DNA of 20,000 nt. Origin: an uncultured virus (IMG/VR IMGVR_UViG_3300010048_000003) (lineage: Duplodnaviria; Heunggongvirae; Uroviricota; Caudoviricetes). The stretch lies in the IMG/VR virus record IMGVR_UViG_3300010048_000003, one strand, 5' to 3'. The notes below the pieces were generated by a model. The model saw nothing but the letters and a program-made list of their open reading frames with translations, was not told where the DNA came from and did not search any database. Below are positions 16,161 to 20,000 of the stretch, in pieces. How positions within the stretch are numbered: the first letter of the stretch is position 1; each line of letters begins with the position of its first letter. The position numbers were made by a program, and so were the translations under genes.

Positions 16161-17104
16161 CATGGCTCCCAGTCGGAGTCTTTGATTGGGTAGGTAAGTC
16201 GTTCTGCCTTTGGCAGGGTTACCGTACATTGCTCGGCTATGCGCTCAGTATTGAGGATAGCCTCCCATGCTGCGGCGCGGGATAGGCCGGTCTTCATCAG
16301 GCGTTCGCCGAGTTGCTTGTCGGACTCGGGGAACGTCATAGGGACGTCATAGTTCCAGGCGCGTAGTGCGTCGTCTATGGATTGGTTCTTTCGGTGTACT
16401 GCGTGGAGTATAGCCTGCATCTCAGAATCTGCTGGTCTGGGGTAGTGGACATCACACGTTGCGACAAGTGGAACTCCAGTCTCCCGGCTGAGACGTTCGT
16501 AAGCTGGATTGATGCGGCAGGTCTTTTCAAGCTCGTAGAAGGGCTGGACTTCGAGGTAGTAATTGGCCCCAAATAGAGAGGCAAAACGGCGGATGACGCG
16601 TCGTGCGTCATCCCATCCATAACCGTCTCTAGACGTGGGATCGGCGATCCCCTTGCCTCCGACAAGAGCGCATGCGAGCATGCTACCAGTGCATCCTGAA
16701 AGTACGACAAGATTCTCGTGATTGTCGACCAGATTCTGTCCAGAAACTGTCGGATGGTAGTGATGATCTCGCCAAGACTGTGTGACAAGGCGGTTGAGGT
16801 TTCGGTATCCATTTGCGTTCTCCGCGAGGATCGTGAGGTGATACTTCCATTGGCTACGGTTTTCGCCTACCGGCCCGCAGTACGCCTCTAGCCCAAATAT
16901 CGGCTTCAGCCCTAGCTTCAGGGCGGCCTGCTCGAACTGGAAGTGACTAGACGTACCGCCATGCTCTGTAAGGGCTTGCGCGGTATAGCCTAGCTCTACA
17001 GCCCGCGCTACGTGGATAGCTGGTAGCTTGTGGCCATCACCGTGACTGAAGGTCGAATGGTGTAAGTGGTGAAGTGATACGTAGCGTATCTTGTTCTTCA
17101 CCAT
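16157..17104 (-). CDS. dnaE: DnaE N-terminal PHP domain encoded as a separate gene
   Basis: LHHLHHSTFSHGDG, ALTEHG, GLEAY, YHLTILA, VLSGC, YYLEVQ, ATCDVHY; strong SD GGAGGTGATC. Confidence 0.93.
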   Translation of the reverse strand: MVKNKIRYVSLHHLHHSTFSHGDGHKLPAIHVARAVELGYTAQALTEHGGTSSHFQFEQAALKLGLKPIFGLEAYCGPVGENRSQWKYHLTILAENANGYRNLNRLVTQSWRDHHYHPTVSGQNLVDNHENLVVLSGCTGSMLACALVGGKGIADPTSRDGYGWDDARRVIRRFASLFGANYYLEVQPFYELEKTCRINPAYERLSRETGVPLVATCDVHYPRPADSEMQAILHAVHRKNQSIDDALRAWNYDVPMTFPESDKQLGERLMKTGLSRAAAWEAILNTERIAEQCTVTLPKAERLTYPIKDSDWEPW

Positions 17105-17232
17105 AGATCACCTCCGGATATATGATATGGCGGTTCGGACAAAGCTATTGACAGTACCAATAGCAGTAGTAGTAGTGCTAGGATGATACCCGAGACTAGT
17201 ATATCGCGCCAGTCGTACGTACGTCTAGTCAT
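17098..17232 (-). CDS. Small membrane protein (44 aa), absent from the ORF track
   Basis: MTRRTYDWRDILVSGIILALLLLLLVLSIALSEPPYHISGGDLW; ATGA overlap upstream, and its stop overlaps the PHP start. Confidence 0.75.
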   Translation of the reverse strand: MTRRTYDWRDILVSGIILALLLLLLVLSIALSEPPYHISGGDLW

Positions 17233-17777
17233 AAGATGACTCCATTCGGCCTGAACTTTCCGATCAGAGAGACCATGGTACGGGCTTGTGGCTCGGCCAT
17301 CTCTAGGCGATCTGCCAGGGAGTGGTAGTAAACCTGGTCGAGCCGTGCTACGCAGATGACGTCAAGGATTGCCTGGGCGTGTTCGCGTGCATCCTTGAAG
17401 TCCCACTGTCCGACTTCGACACCGCGCAGGATGATTACTAGGAATGGCTGTTTGGTCCGCTGACTAATGCCGGGGATTAGCTCTAGCGGCGTGCCGGTAT
17501 CCGGTAGGTGACGGTATGGCCGGAAGTTGTCCGCGATAAACCGCGCAGCAGTTGTCTCGCTGATATCTGCTGCCTTCATCTGGGCGAGGATAGATGCCTC
17601 GTACTCGGCAATATGGGCAACCTCCAGTATCGCAAGTGAGTACTGGAGTGCCTCTTCGTCGGTAAGGGTGATCGAGTCGTCCGGCGTAAAGTCCAGAGTG
17701 ACGTTGTACGAGCCGCCCGGCAATAGCTCGCTCTTGACCCAGATAGAGCCTTCGCTTGTGTTGTTTTTCTTGTTCAC
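17229..17777 (-). CDS. Hypothetical protein
   Basis: Likely GTG at 17777 (GTGA overlap with the upstream stop); ~182 aa. Confidence 0.75.
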   Translation of the reverse strand: MNKKNNTSEGSIWVKSELLPGGSYNVTLDFTPDDSITLTDEEALQYSLAILEVAHIAEYEASILAQMKAADISETTAARFIADNFRPYRHLPDTGTPLELIPGISQRTKQPFLVIILRGVEVGQWDFKDAREHAQAILDVICVARLDQVYYHSLADRLEMAEPQARTMVSLIGKFRPNGVIL

Positions 17778-18139
17778 CCTGGGTCCCCCATCTCGCCCCA
17801 CTTCGGGCCGTGATTCTTCAAGCGCATGTAGAACCCCGCGAAGTTGATAAGGTCTACTGCGCCGTTCTCGTAGTACTCGTTGCGCTCCCAGCTGAAAAGC
17901 CGGAGCCGGAATGCGTTGTCCATGATGTCATGAACGAGTCCTTTCCAGCCGCGTTTCATCCAGAAGAACTTGGCGTCTTCGTCATCCTCCTGTCGGAAGT
18001 AGCCGCGCTTACAGATGATAGCTAGGGCTTCTGTGAATGGGCCGGAGAGCTGTTCGATGGCATCGAGGTTTGGGTCAAGACCTACGTCCGTAAGGTACTT
18101 GAATGCCGCGTCGCGAGTCAGTTCCTGTCTACTGCTCAT
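17774..18139 (-). CDS. DUF1599/Nmad1-like all-alpha (MazG-superfamily) protein
   Basis: SD AGGAAAGG then ATG at 18139; pattern KRGY...W..RGWKGLV..I.D...RL...DLINFA resembles DUF1599 by eye. Confidence 0.5.
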   Translation of the reverse strand: MSSRQELTRDAAFKYLTDVGLDPNLDAIEQLSGPFTEALAIICKRGYFRQEDDEDAKFFWMKRGWKGLVHDIMDNAFRLRLFSWERNEYYENGAVDLINFAGFYMRLKNHGPKWGEMGDPG

Positions 18140-18470
18140 GATCCTTTCCTTTCTGTAGGATTTGTTGGAGCGTCCATGTCCCCTTGAGTTCGATGGTTTG
18201 CGGGATTTCGCAGACACGGCACCTCACAAGTACGATAGTCACTGCCGGAGTACGGAGCTGAGGGTGATTGCTGAAGACGGGGTGCCAGATGTCGAGCGTT
18301 TCCCACTTGTGTACGTGAGAGTTTGGCGTATCGGCATCGATCGGGGCGAATGGGCCGGTAGTAGGCTCTGGCGCGGGGTTGGGTTTCTTGTCGTGCGGGC
18401 TATCGCCAAAGTCTTGTCCAGGTGGCATGTAGTTTTGCTCCATTTCTTCGTGGCTAGTCCAGTCAGACAT
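18129..18470 (-). CDS. Hypothetical protein with possible Zn site (HxH...CxxC)
   Basis: 113 aa; HVHKW and RCRVCE; overlaps both neighbours. Confidence 0.65.
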   Translation of the reverse strand: MSDWTSHEEMEQNYMPPGQDFGDSPHDKKPNPAPEPTTGPFAPIDADTPNSHVHKWETLDIWHPVFSNHPQLRTPAVTIVLVRCRVCEIPQTIELKGTWTLQQILQKGKDHEQ

Positions 18471-19356
18471 TCGGAGACTTCCGAGCTGCGTTATGCTGGA
18501 GGGGTTCGAGCGGGTTGATGTCGGTCCAGGTGTCCGGGGGATCTCCGGCTGCCGAGTGTGCGTTCACACGGTCGCGGATGACGCACCACCGGTCGATCGG
18601 GGAGTTGAAGCCGCAGCTGCCGGTCTGGTAGCAGATCGGCTTGAATAGTTTCGCGATAGCCGCCTGCTGCCATCTTTCCTCGGGCGGCCCATAGTTGAGG
18701 ATGGCCCGGATCATTTCGGCCCAGACCAACTTCCATTCGGACTGAGCCTGGGAGCAGAGCCGGTTCCCTGACTGGGCTACTAGGTTCCGGAGGTCGGTGT
18801 GGTAGTGGACTCTTGTCGTGATGTTCGTCGGGAGTAGGCCGCGCGCATCTTCGGCGGGCATCCCGTCATTCACGAGCTGGTTGTACGCTCGGCCTACGGT
18901 AGCGACGGTATCATTCCAGATGACGCGCCAGGGATGGTCGTCGGCCTTTCCCTCCAGGCTCGGCGGCTCGGCTACTTCCCAGGCAGCGTTTTCCTTGACC
19001 GCGAAGCGCATGGACTCCTGAACGAACACGGCTGTACGCTGCCGGACAAGCTGGTGCGTAAAGGCCCGCGTCACGCCGTCGATGAAGAAGTGGAGATTGA
19101 TGAACTCCAGCGGCGCAGAAATCTTGCTCTTCTTGAAGCCGTCGAGCCATTCGAGTGCCTGATCACGGGAGATTGCATCGGCATCCTCGTATACGCCTCC
19201 CCGGTATAGTTCGCTCGCGGCCGACATAACCCGGAGCGGGTTCGCGGTCATGCTGATAAGCACGACGCTCGGGCGTACCGGCTCACCGAAACTTGAGAGC
19301 GGTTCGGCCGTGTACATCGCCTCGTCCGCATAACGTCTGATTTCTTTCCCGGTCAT
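18463..19356 (-). CDS. thyX: Flavin-dependent thymidylate synthase ThyX (RQR variant)
   Basis: PLEF, VTRAFTHQLVRQR-x7-SMR, EDARGLLP, RLCSQAQSEW. Confidence 0.9.
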   Translation of the reverse strand: MTGKEIRRYADEAMYTAEPLSSFGEPVRPSVVLISMTANPLRVMSAASELYRGGVYEDADAISRDQALEWLDGFKKSKISAPLEFINLHFFIDGVTRAFTHQLVRQRTAVFVQESMRFAVKENAAWEVAEPPSLEGKADDHPWRVIWNDTVATVGRAYNQLVNDGMPAEDARGLLPTNITTRVHYHTDLRNLVAQSGNRLCSQAQSEWKLVWAEMIRAILNYGPPEERWQQAAIAKLFKPICYQTGSCGFNSPIDRWCVIRDRVNAHSAAGDPPDTWTDINPLEPLQHNAARKSPNV

Positions 19357-19785
19357 TTCTGTGCCTTCCTTCTTGCCTCGGACCAGGGCTTTCCTTTGAG
19401 TGCCGCTGATATCTTAGCTCTTGTTTCGGTCGAAATTTCTTGTCCGTAATGAGCATCAGACATATGTTGACGGTATTCTGGATCATTCCAGTTGTTTGTT
19501 GTGATCGCCTTCATTCTTTCAGATCTGGCTTCTGATGAGTTCCCTCCCTTCTGGTTATGGCCGTCATACTGCATATGACATCGCCTACATAGCGGTACGA
19601 AGTCGGCCCATGGATCGTCGCCGGATTCGCCGTGTATGTGTGCCCAGTCCTTGGCTTTCCTATCGCATTTGGCACATAGATACTCATTAGCTTTTCCGCG
19701 ATTCTTTACGCATTGCATTCGTTGGTAATGTCCTAGATTCCTTTCGGCTGGCTTGTAGTTCGTATGGGCTTTGGTCTTAGCCATT
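19324..19785 (-). mobile_element. Inferred homing-endonuclease cassette (HNH gene + recoded thyX 5' end) inserted in thyX
   Basis: Peptide-level duplication MT-KEIRRWAD / MTGKEIRRYAD on either side of the HNH gene; removing this interval restores a contiguous thyX. Confidence 0.7.
19353..19784 (-). CDS. HNH homing endonuclease with NUMOD3-like C-terminal DNA-binding motifs
   Basis: CAKC...DWAHIHG...VPLCRRCHMQYD; ISTETRAKISAALKGKPWSEARR; markedly lower GC than thyX. Confidence 0.85.
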   Translation of the reverse strand: MAKTKAHTNYKPAERNLGHYQRMQCVKNRGKANEYLCAKCDRKAKDWAHIHGESGDDPWADFVPLCRRCHMQYDGHNQKGGNSSEARSERMKAITTNNWNDPEYRQHMSDAHYGQEISTETRAKISAALKGKPWSEARRKAQK

Positions 19786-19815
19786 GTCAGCCCACCGGCG
19801 GATTTCCTTGGTCAT
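19777..19815 (-). pseudogene. 12-aa mini-ORF, remnant of the original thyX 5' end
   Basis: ATG ACC AAG GAA ATC CGC CGG TGG GCT GAC AAT GGC TAA = MTKEIRRWADNG; ATGA-coupled to the upstream gene; its last codons contain the HNH ATG. Confidence 0.8.
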
Positions 19816-20000
19816 CCTTCTACCGTCCTGTCCTCGTAATGGCGTCGCATAGGCAATGGCAATTCTACCGCCATCTCCTCAACTGGGTGGTCGGAGTGGT
19901 GCTGGAGGATGAATGCGTTCGGCATGAATTCCTTGACGGCGTCTATACATTCCGAGCATAGCTCGATAGGCTGGAACTCGTCATCCCCGACGTACTCGCC
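19812..20000 (-). CDS. 3' end of hypothetical protein (partial, CxxC)
   Basis: Open frame from the window edge, GEYVGDDEFQPIELCSECIDAVKEF...DRTVEG, to TGA at 19814-19812. Confidence 0.7.
   Translation of the reverse strand, partial: GEYVGDDEFQPIELCSECIDAVKEFMPNAFILQHHSDHPVEEMAVELPLPMRRHYEDRTVEG

Larger units (their letters stand above)
1..20000. mobile_element. Segment of a siphovirus-like phage (or prophage) genome, probably infecting Actinobacteria
   Basis: Tape measure-Dit-hub-fibre-lysin gene order, then a convergent DNA metabolism arm (DnaE, ThyX, HNH); dense packing with ATGA/GTGA overlaps; no host housekeeping genes. Confidence 0.93.

Noticed and set aside
15981..16163. Split intein joining the DnaE halves
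   Set aside because: Neither half carries intein sequence: no Cys/Ser-initiated block after the PHP domain and no His-Asn/Cys junction at the start of the catalytic gene.
19324..19785. Group I intron carrying the HNH within thyX
   Set aside because: The interval is almost entirely HNH coding sequence plus the new thyX start, with no room for or sign of a ribozyme core; thyX has its own coupled start.
523..19961. Numerous alternative-frame and antisense ORFs in the track (e.g. 2006-2656 -, 10931-11470 -, 11053-11532 +, 16375-16812 -, 18162-18518 +)
   Set aside because: They are shadows of well-supported genes, without motifs or convincing ribosome-binding sites.

Overview
This window is part of a tailed dsDNA phage genome, siphovirus-like, with gene content typical of actinobacteriophages. 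Left arm (+ strand): end of a probable tail assembly chaperone, tape measure protein with a C-terminal lytic transglycosylase, distal tail protein, a 1413-aa minor tail/hub protein, two tandem paralogous receptor-binding-like proteins, a lysis cassette (amidase endolysin with small membrane proteins), a SAM methyltransferase and a hypothetical gene. A ~215-nt highly structured intergenic region (12663-12878) separates it from the convergent right arm. Right arm (- strand, tightly translationally coupled): HNH/NUMOD3 endonuclease, ThyX, a DUF1599/MazG-like protein, hypotheticals, a DnaE polymerase split into separate PHP and catalytic genes, and a GT2 glycosyltransferase. Best observations: (1) the HNH gene appears to have inserted into the 5' end of thyX while supplying a recoded replacement N-terminus, leaving the old start as a 12-aa leader ORF; (2) a probable + strand structured RNA with a three-way junction and many G-U pairs; (3) an intein-less split DnaE with an intervening small gene. 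All family calls are from motif recognition by eye; no searches were run.
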